Assembly (NCBI GenBank): GCA_965197585.1
Contig: OZ240215.1
Location: 768,001-832,000 of the forward strand
Reading direction: 5' to 3'
Source: Dehalococcoidia bacterium
Lineage (GTDB): Bacteria > Chloroflexota > Dehalococcoidia > Plut-88900
DNA: 64,000 bases
In this document: positions 1-9,854 of the stretch, one piece after another
Position numbering within the stretch: the stretch's first letter is position 1
Layout: every line of letters starts with the position of its first letter
Translations under genes and position numbers: made by a program
The notes under the pieces: generated by a model
What the model saw: only the letters and a program-made list of their open reading frames with translations
What the model was told of the DNA's origin: nothing
Database searches by the model: none

Positions 1-944
1 GGAGGCTTCACTCATTCTCTATCTCCAGCTACGGGAGATGGCTACGAAACAATAGGCGCTGCACCCCATGACCATCTGCCTGGGGAGTACGTCAAACTTC
101 CCTGTTTGTACTGCGTACCAATCCAACAACGTTTGGTATTCGGAAAGTCCTTGCATAACTCAATGAGTGTTTCTTACTGCTTCTAGTCTTCTAAACCAAC
201 CTAATAAACGCGAACGAAAAGTCAATCTGCGGCTACCCTTTGTCAATCCCTATCAATTTGAGAGATAAACTTCCCCACTCATTACTCTCAAACTAGGCGA
301 ATTCCGCTGAGCTGTTTCCGTGAAGTGCCGTACTTCCTATGGTAGCAGGCTACATCTCAGCGCCATGCTTTCCAAGTAGGACAGCCGCTTTGTGAGAACC
401 TGGTATACGCCCAGTTATGGTTCCACAATGAGGTGGAGCCGTTGTTGCATCTAGCCTTATACATTGTAGGTGGAACCACCTTCTAGATGTGACTGAGAGA
501 TCTGAGACGTTTCGAATGATTTGGTTCAGTCCAGTCCTTCTCAACTCACTGGTGCCGTGCCATAAAGCGCACTTTTCACTGGGGGGCGTCCATCTAGGTT
601 GTTGCGGTTGAGTTGAGGAGATCACTTGGCAAGTTCGAGTTCAAGATGGTTGCTTGTCCTTACCTAAATTCTATGGCTCGGGCATAGGCATGGGCGATTG
701 CAAATGAACCTCATTCTACCGTCAGAGAGTAAGGCAACTCGCTGGAATTTGCTTACAGCTAGCCTGGAAGACGGATCTTGGGTGCCCCCTCTTGAATCTC
801 AACGTTCTATGGCACACTACGGCCAATTGCCCAGGATAATATTTCGACTTGTGATGCCACGATTGGGCTGGAGGCAAGGTTGGCGGTGAATTCAACTCTC
901 CTATACATCTCGCCGGTTATTGTGACCTACTTATGGGCTCCGAT

Positions 945-2105
945 TCAATTTGCCCCGTCTCCCCAGTCAATCCACTGCAGGGACTCGTGGGAGAAGCCCT
1001 TGTGCCAGACGCGAGTCTTGCTAGGATCGAGGAACGGTATGCCCTTGAGTGCAGACTCCCCCGAAGCACTCTTAGTTATAACCTGAATAGGCACTCGCCT
1101 TTGTCCCCACTTGGTTGTATCTCCTCCCTGCTGATAGCTGACAAATAGACTGCCCAGTGCTTCGTATGCGTAATTGTCATAGGAAGGCATTGAGTAACCG
1201 ATAATTATTATGGCCGAAAAGATATCCATTGTGTGATGGAGACTTTCCCAAAGATCCAAAATAGCGTCATGTCCGAGTAATTTGTCATGGGCTAGTGGAA
1301 GGACGAACGGTACTACGTGAGATCCGAAGCGCTCTTCGAATGGGAAGTGTTCCAAGTGATTTGGTACACGAAAGACTTGGGCTAGTATGCGTTGTCCAAG
1401 ACCTTCTACTGGAGCTCTAGAAAGCGGTTCGGGTTGGACCAACGGATTCGGCCCGAATATAGGGTCGCAATCTGGTACATGATTGCCTTGCTCGTAATGC
1501 CAGCGTGTAGCTTCATCGTGGTACTGGCGGGTGTACCAGTCTACGGATCCGTGCAACTTTAACAAGTCGACATATTTTTGCCCGGATTCCAGCCTCTCTC
1601 GGCTCAACCACCATTCGGGCGTCAGGGTGTAGGGCTTGATGACATCGTCAAGAGATTGCTCAAGCAACGTGTCGTAGTTGAAGGTAAGGACAAGGTCATT
1701 TGGAGACAAATTGTGGCAAAATTTCAAATAGAGTGGAGGAGGACTACTCGGTGTTGCCGCTATTAGGACTTGTTGGATTGCCCTCCTTGCTGCCACTATT
1801 GACCTACTGCCATGTTCAAAATACTCATCTGGGCCCAGCAGGCCTAGATAGTGCTTACGGTGACTGTAGGCCAGAACGCGTTCCAAGTCGACTGCCATAT
1901 CCGGATACAGCAAAGTCCACTCTCGAATTTCTTCTTCGAGAGTGCCTTCCCAACCACCGCCCCACTCAAAGTAGGTCTTGACTTCCTTGCGGACCTCTTT
2001 CAAGAGTTCCCCCGCTAGAGGGAGACCCGCAGGCTTGGAGAAGCCTGCGCCAAGTACGAATAAGCGGGAAAAGGGTAGACTAATGGTTGCACCTCCAACT
2101 CCCAT
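945..2105 (-). CDS. SIR2-like (SIR2_2) NADase domain protein, putative anti-phage effector
   Basis: Sirtuin-fold motifs FVLGAGFS, LTFNYDTLLE, LLKLHGSVDW, IIIGYS. Confidence 0.85.
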   Translation of the reverse strand: MGVGGATISLPFSRLFVLGAGFSKPAGLPLAGELLKEVRKEVKTYFEWGGGWEGTLEEEIREWTLLYPDMAVDLERVLAYSHRKHYLGLLGPDEYFEHGSRSIVAARRAIQQVLIAATPSSPPPLYLKFCHNLSPNDLVLTFNYDTLLEQSLDDVIKPYTLTPEWWLSRERLESGQKYVDLLKLHGSVDWYTRQYHDEATRWHYEQGNHVPDCDPIFGPNPLVQPEPLSRAPVEGLGQRILAQVFRVPNHLEHFPFEERFGSHVVPFVLPLAHDKLLGHDAILDLWESLHHTMDIFSAIIIIGYSMPSYDNYAYEALGSLFVSYQQGGDTTKWGQRRVPIQVITKSASGESALKGIPFLDPSKTRVWHKGFSHESLQWIDWGDGAN

Positions 2106-2321
2106 TTTACAGTTCTGAGAGGCCGCTGTTCAGGAGGGCATTGAAGAGCCTTGGAGCGGAGGAACACAGGCGGCCATTACGTTGGCTCAGTCCCTGCCTC
2201 CAACACATCCGCCGCTTCCTGTTACTCTTTACAGGACATCTGATAGCTGTCCCGAGGCTATTAATGTGGGCTAGAAACTCAACACAGACCGTAATCTGCA
2301 TTCGTGATGTTTGAGGAATCC

Positions 2322-3506
2322 TTAGAGTGTTTCCATTGCCCGCTTCACAGACTCATTCAAGTGAAGAATACGCTGTGCATCATCTTCAGAGGGAACTAAA
2401 TTGCGATGAACTATTTCATGCCGTTGCTTTTGCCTCTTGATCCACTCGGACCATAGACTGTTGTCTATGTGTGGAATTGCTTGTCCACAATGTTCTAGCA
2501 GCAGTTCCTTGAGTCGCACAGTGAGCTTCCAGTTATCTCCAGTACGAAGCAGGTAATCGATCTCGGTCGATGTCATAGTTTGGGTAAGTCTTTCGTAGAA
2601 GAACCGCTCGACGTACACTTCTAACGAAATAAAGCTTTCGATGACTGCCAGCTTTGCATCGTGCCGTTCTAACGCGGCCAAAGCACTCTGTCGGAGAAGT
2701 TCGTCAACAGGCGGTCGGAATCCGCTTTCTAGCAAGTACCTAAAGGAATCGACCACTTCCTTTGGCTTACTGACCATCGCCGGCCTGATGCCATACATTC
2801 CAAATGTGATGGGGTGATACCCGCATTTGTAGGTGAATGAGCCGCCGGGATATTGCTCGTGCTTTCGTATGCTGTAGTCATCGTGGATTCCAATGCGGAT
2901 GTCCTCAACACACAATTCAGGCAATCTCTCAAGGTATAAATCGTCGGTTACGGTCCGATAAACGTCGACGAAATGATTGACGAATGCGAGTACCATCGTC
3001 GATATCTCATCCACTACTTGACGCACGTCTTCTTGGGCTCTGCCGTCATTTCCTTCTTGGTACGGGTAGAATCCGTCGGGCACTTGCCAGTCAAATTCTA
3101 CAGTCAGGCGAGTGTAGCGGAAGTAGCCGCTGGGATCTCTCTCAAACTCCATATTGCGAGCCCGTAGTTCTTCCGCAAGCGGCTTCGGTTGGCCAATCGA
3201 TTGAGTGAGAATCTGAGCGTCGTTCAGGTATACAGGTTCGTTGGGTACCACAAGTTCGGATATCTCGATGTCCGAACCTTCAGATCTCTTTGTCCACACC
3301 TTTTGGGGATACACTCCTAAGAGTTCACCATCAATTGGGTAATTGAAAACATATCGAATGCTTGGGATATAGAGACAGTAGGGGAGACGCACCACTGCTT
3401 GGACCGTTTCAGTGGCTCCTAGCTCTTGACCGGAGACTGAGTAGGTGAGCACGAACCCTTCCAGCAGGGGTTGTTTTGACCCGATTACGAACTGCTTTGT
3501 ATTCAT
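2322..3506 (-). CDS. Hypothetical protein with C-terminal HEPN-like (ApeA-type) domain
   Basis: 394-aa ORF; C-terminal helical region AVIESFISLEVYVE ... RHEIVH fits the HEPN E...RxxxxH signature. Confidence 0.6.
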   Translation of the reverse strand: MNTKQFVIGSKQPLLEGFVLTYSVSGQELGATETVQAVVRLPYCLYIPSIRYVFNYPIDGELLGVYPQKVWTKRSEGSDIEISELVVPNEPVYLNDAQILTQSIGQPKPLAEELRARNMEFERDPSGYFRYTRLTVEFDWQVPDGFYPYQEGNDGRAQEDVRQVVDEISTMVLAFVNHFVDVYRTVTDDLYLERLPELCVEDIRIGIHDDYSIRKHEQYPGGSFTYKCGYHPITFGMYGIRPAMVSKPKEVVDSFRYLLESGFRPPVDELLRQSALAALERHDAKLAVIESFISLEVYVERFFYERLTQTMTSTEIDYLLRTGDNWKLTVRLKELLLEHCGQAIPHIDNSLWSEWIKRQKQRHEIVHRNLVPSEDDAQRILHLNESVKRAMETL

Positions 3507-3689
3507 ATCGTTAGTTTAGACCGGGTTGTCATCATCTGTGCTAGCTACGTGATTCTTTGTTAAGACACACCACCCTTTGGCCCCCTTTGTCAGACCTCAG
3601 CCACACCCGGCTTCTTAGCTCGCCACTATGCTCGTTGAACAGGTTACGTCCAACGGTGATTAGCTCGTCCCCTGTTTCAACCTCGATGC

Positions 3690-5588
3690 TCAAAGGTCCC
3701 CGAGGTCGCTCTCCCAGACCAGCATGGAGTCTTGAAGCAGCCCTATGTAGAATTCATCAACGCTTGCTTCACGGAGTTCATCGACAAACCTACCAAAGTT
3801 CCAAAAATCCGTACCGGGCTGCCTGGCGTCATCGGATAACTCAACGTCCTTCGCCATCGCTATGAATAGGCCGGACACGCTCTGGATGGGTTCTGTGCAA
3901 CCAAATGCATCCTCAATCAGTGACCTATGGGTGTTCAGTAAATGCATCGTTTTATAGAATTTCTGAATCTGTTTATCAAGATCGAACGCGGAATCAGACT
4001 GCCCCTTGACCTCGATGATTTTGCACTCACTTCCAGCGGTGCTGAACCGTATTCCGACCACATCGAGTTCTCTTTTGAAATCTGGTGGCGATGTCACCTT
4101 GAGTGATACTCTTACTTTATGGTAGCCGGATTGGGAGAGTAGCTGGCCAGCGAGCAACTCAGGGAATGCCCTTCTTATTTTCCCTGACACCTTTTCCAGC
4201 TCTTGGAATTTCTCTAGGAGACGTCGGAACGATCGAAAGTCACAGAGGGACAGCAAGTCACCTACGGGCACATTGATTAGTTCAATCCATTCAATGTCCC
4301 TGTTCAGTTTACTCGCGAGGTTGTTGATTCGGACCACCCTCTGGTCATCGCTCGGATCCAGTCCCTCAGCTCTATACGGGCGGTCGAACACCCACCAGTC
4401 TGAATAGGTACCCGAGGACATTCGCAGGGCCAGCGAGACTTCGTTTGGCCCATTCACCTCCGAACCGTGTACAATCCTCAGCATTTCGATTGGGTCCTCA
4501 TCCGGAAGCGTAATAGCCAGACCAGAGGCAACGGTTTCGATGTGCCTCCTGCTCGCTGAATCACGGGAAGCGATGAGAATCGGTCGCCTACCTAGGAGTG
4601 CTGCCAGTCTGTCTACCGGGTCGGCCGGCCTCACCCGAGTATACAGGGAGGGCAGGATTTTGGATGGCAGAACGGGAGGGCGTGACAGGCCGTAATCCAG
4701 TCCTGAAAGATCGAGGCCGGGAGTGACCCGAAACATGCGCTTTCCGGCTTCCCAACACCTATCTGGATCTGAGTTCTGTCGGAGCAGGGTGTGAGGATCC
4801 TCCAGCGCTTCACTCCACTGCCCGGTCTCCTGCAGCGATACTGTTATAGCGGATAGCTTTCCTATCAACCAATTGGGCTTGAATTCCTTGTGGTTGTATT
4901 CCGGCAACCCTCTCATGTGGTCGCGATGGGTCTGGACGTCGAACATCGACTGACCGAATAAATCCGGCTGCCTCCATACGGTGGGTTTGCGCCTGCCATA
5001 TCGGAACTTTGGAGAACCAACGTCTTCAAACCAGGAGTCTCGGAGTACATCCACCGTGCCCATCAGAAGAAGGCGGTCAGGGCCTTGATTCGGCCCGCTC
5101 TCGACTTGCTCTAAGGCACGACAGGTGTGCGCGATTTCCAGCAGTTCATCGGCGAGTTTCTCCGCCCTTTTGTTTGCCTCGGAGAGCCTTTCCCACCAAA
5201 CACCTGCTTGAAGATACACTGTTATCAGATCATCTATTCCACATGCCACCCTGGCTAGTTCGGAATCTGGATCGGATATGGCTGCATTCAACTTCGTCCC
5301 ATCGTCTCCTTGAACGATGCTCCACCACCTGAATAGATGGTAGTCAGGTTCCAATCCAAGGAGTGCCGGGGAGTAGATGATTCCGTCAAGGAGGCCCCAT
5401 AGTCCAGACTGGACGACAAACTCATAGCCAAGGGCTAAGTCATTCTCATTTAACTCAGTGCTTGAGAAGACGCGGTCGCGTATCTCCAGCATGCGGGCGA
5501 ATGCTGTCGGGCTGCACAAGGACTTAATCAGCAACGCATTCGACATCAATTTGAGACGGTCGACTTGCGTTAGTTGGTCTTCAATCAA
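3690..5588 (-). CDS. Hypothetical protein with C-terminal PD-(D/E)XK nuclease-like domain
   Basis: 632-aa ORF with a TTG start after GGAGAG; C-terminal PELLAGQLL...RELDVVG...IIEVKG matches the restriction-endonuclease-fold motif. Confidence 0.6.
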   Translation of the reverse strand: MIEDQLTQVDRLKLMSNALLIKSLCSPTAFARMLEIRDRVFSSTELNENDLALGYEFVVQSGLWGLLDGIIYSPALLGLEPDYHLFRWWSIVQGDDGTKLNAAISDPDSELARVACGIDDLITVYLQAGVWWERLSEANKRAEKLADELLEIAHTCRALEQVESGPNQGPDRLLLMGTVDVLRDSWFEDVGSPKFRYGRRKPTVWRQPDLFGQSMFDVQTHRDHMRGLPEYNHKEFKPNWLIGKLSAITVSLQETGQWSEALEDPHTLLRQNSDPDRCWEAGKRMFRVTPGLDLSGLDYGLSRPPVLPSKILPSLYTRVRPADPVDRLAALLGRRPILIASRDSASRRHIETVASGLAITLPDEDPIEMLRIVHGSEVNGPNEVSLALRMSSGTYSDWWVFDRPYRAEGLDPSDDQRVVRINNLASKLNRDIEWIELINVPVGDLLSLCDFRSFRRLLEKFQELEKVSGKIRRAFPELLAGQLLSQSGYHKVRVSLKVTSPPDFKRELDVVGIRFSTAGSECKIIEVKGQSDSAFDLDKQIQKFYKTMHLLNTHRSLIEDAFGCTEPIQSVSGLFIAMAKDVELSDDARQPGTDFWNFGRFVDELREASVDEFYIGLLQDSMLVWESDLGDL

Positions 5589-5994
5589 TTGGGCTCTCCA
5601 AACTCGATGTTGACTGCCTATTTGTTAACTTTATGGGAACCGACACAATAAGTATGCGGGACCAGCAGCTCCAACCGCAGATAGTGCACCCACAATGGTG
5701 ATTTTTGGATCCTAAAGAGGCCTGCTTGTCCTTTTTTGGTAAGCCCGCTCACATACGCCGATGGATGCCAAGAATCGACCTCCCGCTTATCCCTACGCTC
5801 CGGCTTTCTGCCACACTCGATGTCACCTAGCGTTTCTGCTCTGTGTCTAACTCCCTAGTCAAAGCGTGACACAATGGCGGGCTTGTCCGGTTCTCGAATC
5901 ATGAACTCGGCCCCGAATAGCAGCATCTGTCATGTGTGCATCGCAACTACAGTATCGGTAGGTCTTGCTAAGGAAGCTGCATCGTCGCCGAAGT

Positions 5995-6660
5995 TCATCT
6001 CAACCGAACTATGAGTTCGGGCCCATCGTTACGCGAAAAGTTCACCAGCGTAGAGACTTCGTATGCATCTAGGCCCCCACTGGGGCTGGGAACCAGCATG
6101 TGAGCAAGGGTCGCCGGTTCCTCAATGCTCGGGTTCAGCCATATCTCCTCTGACCCTCGGGGCAGGATTACGGGCATCCGGTTGTGGATTGGGCTTAGAA
6201 AGTCGTTGGTTGCAGTAGTGATGATGGTACAGGACGGCACTATGTTGCCCTGGTGGTCTTTCCACGTCTCCCACAACCCGGCCATTGCGAAGGGCTCCCC
6301 TGACTTCATGATGATGCGATAGGGCTTCTTGCCCACAGGAGTCTTCTGCCACTCATAGTATCCGTCTGCGAGGACGAGGCAGCGGCGTTTCTTGAGAGCG
6401 TTGCGGAAGGCCGGTTTCTCGGCGACGGTCTCGGCGCGGGCGTTGATCATGCGCGCCCCGATCTTAGGATCCTTGGCCCAGAAGGGGACGAGGCCCCAGC
6501 GCATAAGGGATGCTTCCCTACCCTTGACATTTCTGACTGTCAGGACAGATTCGGTGGGGGCTATGTTGTAGCCGGGATCGTAGCTGAAGTCGGCGCCGTC
6601 GAATTCGAACCGTTGGGCGAGGTCTCCGATGTCGGCTATCAGGGTGTATCTACCGCACAC
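5995..6660 (-). CDS. yedK: SOS response-associated peptidase (SRAP/YedK/HMCES family)
   Basis: N-terminal (M)CGRY, YNIAPT, RWGLVP, INARAET, GYYEW, IHNRMPVIL. Confidence 0.95.
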   Translation of the reverse strand: MCGRYTLIADIGDLAQRFEFDGADFSYDPGYNIAPTESVLTVRNVKGREASLMRWGLVPFWAKDPKIGARMINARAETVAEKPAFRNALKKRRCLVLADGYYEWQKTPVGKKPYRIIMKSGEPFAMAGLWETWKDHQGNIVPSCTIITTATNDFLSPIHNRMPVILPRGSEEIWLNPSIEEPATLAHMLVPSPSGGLDAYEVSTLVNFSRNDGPELIVRLR

Positions 6661-6707
6661 GTCAGTGATTCCTCCCGACCGATTATCCCACTCGTAGGGC
6701 GGTCACC

Positions 6708-9700
6708 TCAATGCCAGTCATGGGCGGCAGGCATCCGGGTCCCGACATCCAGCGTCTTCACGCTGGAGAGGGTCACGTTGGTGGTGCCGTCATGGCGGGA
6801 GACGACTCCCCTGGCCAAGAGTACGTGATTGCCCAACTCTCTCTTGTACCGGGCGAAGACCTTCGGCCAGACGATTAACTGCACGTCTCCCGTCTCGTCT
6901 TCTATTGTCACAAATACCGTGCCCTCTATGCCCCTGGGGTGCTGCCGGGCGACGGGCCAGCCGGCCACTAGTACCTTCTCGCCCTCGGGGAGGGTGTCGA
7001 TGTCACGGGCGGGCAGGACATCGGGACTCAGAGTCGGTCTCACGAACTCCATGACGTGTCCCCTGGGATAGATGTCCATGACGGCGTACTCGCCGGCCAT
7101 CTTCTCCTTTGGGGTGAAGTCGGGCAGGTTGGGAATGTTGGTTCCCGAGGAGATGGACATGGCTCTCTGGCCGTTTCTCGGGGGGCGAACGGGAAGGCCG
7201 ACATCCCACAAGGCCTCCCTGCGGTTGGGAGTAACCTCGTCGAAGGCCCCGGCCATAACGAGGGAGTGGATGGCCCGGGGTTTAAGCCCGGTCCTCCGCA
7301 CCAGGTCCCCGGCCCCCAAGTAGAAGCCGTTCCTATCCCTCTCCTCAACTATTGTCCTGGCCGACTCCCCACCCACATCCTTGACGATCCCCAGACCCAG
7401 CAATAAGGCATCATTATGAGGTACACACTTCACCTCGCTGTAGTTCACGCACGGGTTCAGGAAGGGTACCCCGAACCGCCGGGCGTCCTCCTTTATGGTC
7501 TCCATCGGGTAGAAGCCCATCGGCTGGTTGTTCATCAGCGCGACGAAGAACTCCAGCGGGTAGTGGCACTTGAGCCATGCGGCTTGGTAGGCGGTGACGG
7601 CAAAGGCATGGGAGTGGGACTCGGGGAACATGTAGTGGCCGTTGATCTTGGAGAATATCTTCCTCGCTGTCTCCTCTGGGACGCCGTTGCAACGAGCGCC
7701 CTCTACGAACCTCTCCCAGTGCCTGGCGATGAGGTGCTCGCTGTTGGGTCTGGCGAAGGCGCGGCGCACCTCGTCAGCCTGCGCCGCGGTCATGCCGGCC
7801 ACGTCCTCGATGAGCTGCACGACCTGCTCCTGCCAGACGATGATCCCGTAGCCCCGTTCCAGGGCGCGGGCTTCCAGTGGGTAGTCATAGTCCCACTCCG
7901 CCCCGTGCCTGTAGCGCTCGACGAACTGGGAGACGGCGCTGCCCTGTACGCCAACGCCGGGCCGGATGAGGGCGACCTGGTAGGCGAGGTCGAGGAGGTT
8001 CCGGGACTTCAGCCTCTGACCCATCTTGAGCTGCGCCGGGGACTGGAGCAGGAAGACTCCCTTAGAGAGGCCCCCGTTTATCATGTCGTACACGACCGCG
8101 TCATCAGGGTCTATACGGCTGATGTCGGGCCGCCTGCCCTCTCTCTTCTCCACCAGGTCGAGGGCCTCCTCTATCTGGTCAAGGACCGGCAGGGAGAGGA
8201 TGTCGATCTTGGCGAACCCGGCGTCGGCCACGCTGTCCTTGTTCCAGTCCATGATGTAGCGCCCGTCCATGGCCCCGGCCCTTATGGGGACCATCTCAGG
8301 GATGGGGGAACTGCTGAGCACCATGCCGCCGACGTGCTGGCTCAGTCCCCTGGGCGCGTCCATCAGCTGTGGAGCGAGATCAAGCAGGTCTCGCCAGCCC
8401 CGCACGTCCACCCTGTCCCTGAAGTCCGGGATCTGCTCCATCTCGTCCCGCAGGTCCGCGGCGTCGTGGGAGTGCAGCTGCTTCGACAGGAGGGAGAGTC
8501 GCTCCTTTGGAAGCCCCAGGGCCTTGCCCAGGTCCTGGAGGATGCCCTTGACCTTGTAGGTGGTGATGGCCCCGGTCAACACGGCGTACTCCGGCCCGAA
8601 ATGCCGGTGGACCCGCTCTATGAGCTCGTCCCTCAGACCCCTGGGGAAGTCGAGGTCGATGTCGGGAAGCGTCGTCATATCCTTGGAGATGAAGCGCTCA
8701 AGGGTGAGGTCCCACTTCAGGGGGTCGACGTGGCTGATTCCGATGAGGTAGCCGATGAGCAGCGCCACCGATGAGCCCCGTCCTCTTCCCGGCGGCCTCT
8801 CCTCTATAGGAGTCTCCGGGTTGACCAGCCCACGCTCCTCCATGATCGTCTGCGCCAAGAGCGCGATCTCCCTGTAGAGGAGCAGGAAGCCAGCAAGGTT
8901 CAGATGCTCGATCAGCTGGAACTCCTCGCGGAGACGCTCTTCGACGCGCTGGGGCACCGAGCCGTAGCGCCGCGCGGCCGCCTCGTAGCAGAGCCTCCGA
9001 AGGTAGCTCTCGGCCGTGTATCCCTCCGGCACCGAGGGACTGGGCTGGGTGTAACCAAGGTCCGTGCTGAGATCGAAGGCGCACCGCTCCGCCACCCGCA
9101 GGGTGCTGGAGACGGCCTCCGGCCATTCCCTGAAGAGCCGTTCCATCTGGTCATGGGACTTCAGATAGAAGTGGTGGTTGGGGCGAAGGTGCGGCAGGGC
9201 CTGGTCTACGGTGGTGTTGAGCTTTGCGGCCACGAGAGCGTCCTGTAGACGGGAGCGTTCGGGATGGTGGTAGAGGACGTTGTTGGAGGCGACCACCGGG
9301 ACGCCGGCCTCACCGGCGATCCTTGCCAGCCTCCTGTTGAGGTCGGTGTCCCCACGCAGGCGGTTCTGGTTGAGCTCGACGTACACCGAGCCGGACCCGT
9401 ACCAGTCCAGGTACCCCCTCAGCAGGTCATTGGCTTCTCTTATGCGGCCCTCCGCCGCCAGCCGTGAAAGCGGCCCGTCCCGACCGCCTGTCAGGAGCAC
9501 GACGCCCTCGGAGTGGTGGGGCAGATGAGCGGGGTCCAGCCTCGGCTCGCTGCGGTCAACGGAGTTGGCGTTGGTGAAGAGCTGGGAGATGTTGGAGTAG
9601 CCTGACCGCGTCGCGGCGAGAAGCGTGAGACGGGAGCCATCGGTCAGGGTCAACTCGCCGCCGGTGATGGGCCGGATGCCCAGGCTGTTGGCTAGCCGCG

Positions 9701-9854
9701 CGAACTCCAGCGCTCCACAGAGGTTCGTGTCGGTCAAGGCCAGGGCGGGGTAGCCGAGCTCCTTCGCCTGCGCCAGCAGCTCATGGGCATGGGAAGCCCC
9801 CATCCCGAAGGAGTGGAAGCTCTTGGCGTGAAGCTCGACGTAGCCATCCGTCAT
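6708..9854 (-). CDS. dnaE2: Error-prone DNA polymerase DnaE2 (ImuC)
   Basis: Start MTDGYVELHAKS (ATG at 9854 overlaps the imuB stop as TGATG); PHP domain, PGRGRGSS, PDIDLD, QHVGG, FPESHS, OB fold, C-terminal AHDWH resembling the DnaE2 SRDFH tail. Confidence 0.93.
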   Translation of the reverse strand: MTDGYVELHAKSFHSFGMGASHAHELLAQAKELGYPALALTDTNLCGALEFARLANSLGIRPITGGELTLTDGSRLTLLAATRSGYSNISQLFTNANSVDRSEPRLDPAHLPHHSEGVVLLTGGRDGPLSRLAAEGRIREANDLLRGYLDWYGSGSVYVELNQNRLRGDTDLNRRLARIAGEAGVPVVASNNVLYHHPERSRLQDALVAAKLNTTVDQALPHLRPNHHFYLKSHDQMERLFREWPEAVSSTLRVAERCAFDLSTDLGYTQPSPSVPEGYTAESYLRRLCYEAAARRYGSVPQRVEERLREEFQLIEHLNLAGFLLLYREIALLAQTIMEERGLVNPETPIEERPPGRGRGSSVALLIGYLIGISHVDPLKWDLTLERFISKDMTTLPDIDLDFPRGLRDELIERVHRHFGPEYAVLTGAITTYKVKGILQDLGKALGLPKERLSLLSKQLHSHDAADLRDEMEQIPDFRDRVDVRGWRDLLDLAPQLMDAPRGLSQHVGGMVLSSSPIPEMVPIRAGAMDGRYIMDWNKDSVADAGFAKIDILSLPVLDQIEEALDLVEKREGRRPDISRIDPDDAVVYDMINGGLSKGVFLLQSPAQLKMGQRLKSRNLLDLAYQVALIRPGVGVQGSAVSQFVERYRHGAEWDYDYPLEARALERGYGIIVWQEQVVQLIEDVAGMTAAQADEVRRAFARPNSEHLIARHWERFVEGARCNGVPEETARKIFSKINGHYMFPESHSHAFAVTAYQAAWLKCHYPLEFFVALMNNQPMGFYPMETIKEDARRFGVPFLNPCVNYSEVKCVPHNDALLLGLGIVKDVGGESARTIVEERDRNGFYLGAGDLVRRTGLKPRAIHSLVMAGAFDEVTPNRREALWDVGLPVRPPRNGQRAMSISSGTNIPNLPDFTPKEKMAGEYAVMDIYPRGHVMEFVRPTLSPDVLPARDIDTLPEGEKVLVAGWPVARQHPRGIEGTVFVTIEDETGDVQLIVWPKVFARYKRELGNHVLLARGVVSRHDGTTNVTLSSVKTLDVGTRMPAAHDWH

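Noticed and set aside
1-940. Short ORFs at the left edge, including a possible minus-strand gene start at position 15
   Set aside because: No recognisable motifs; only five codons of the possible gene are in the window
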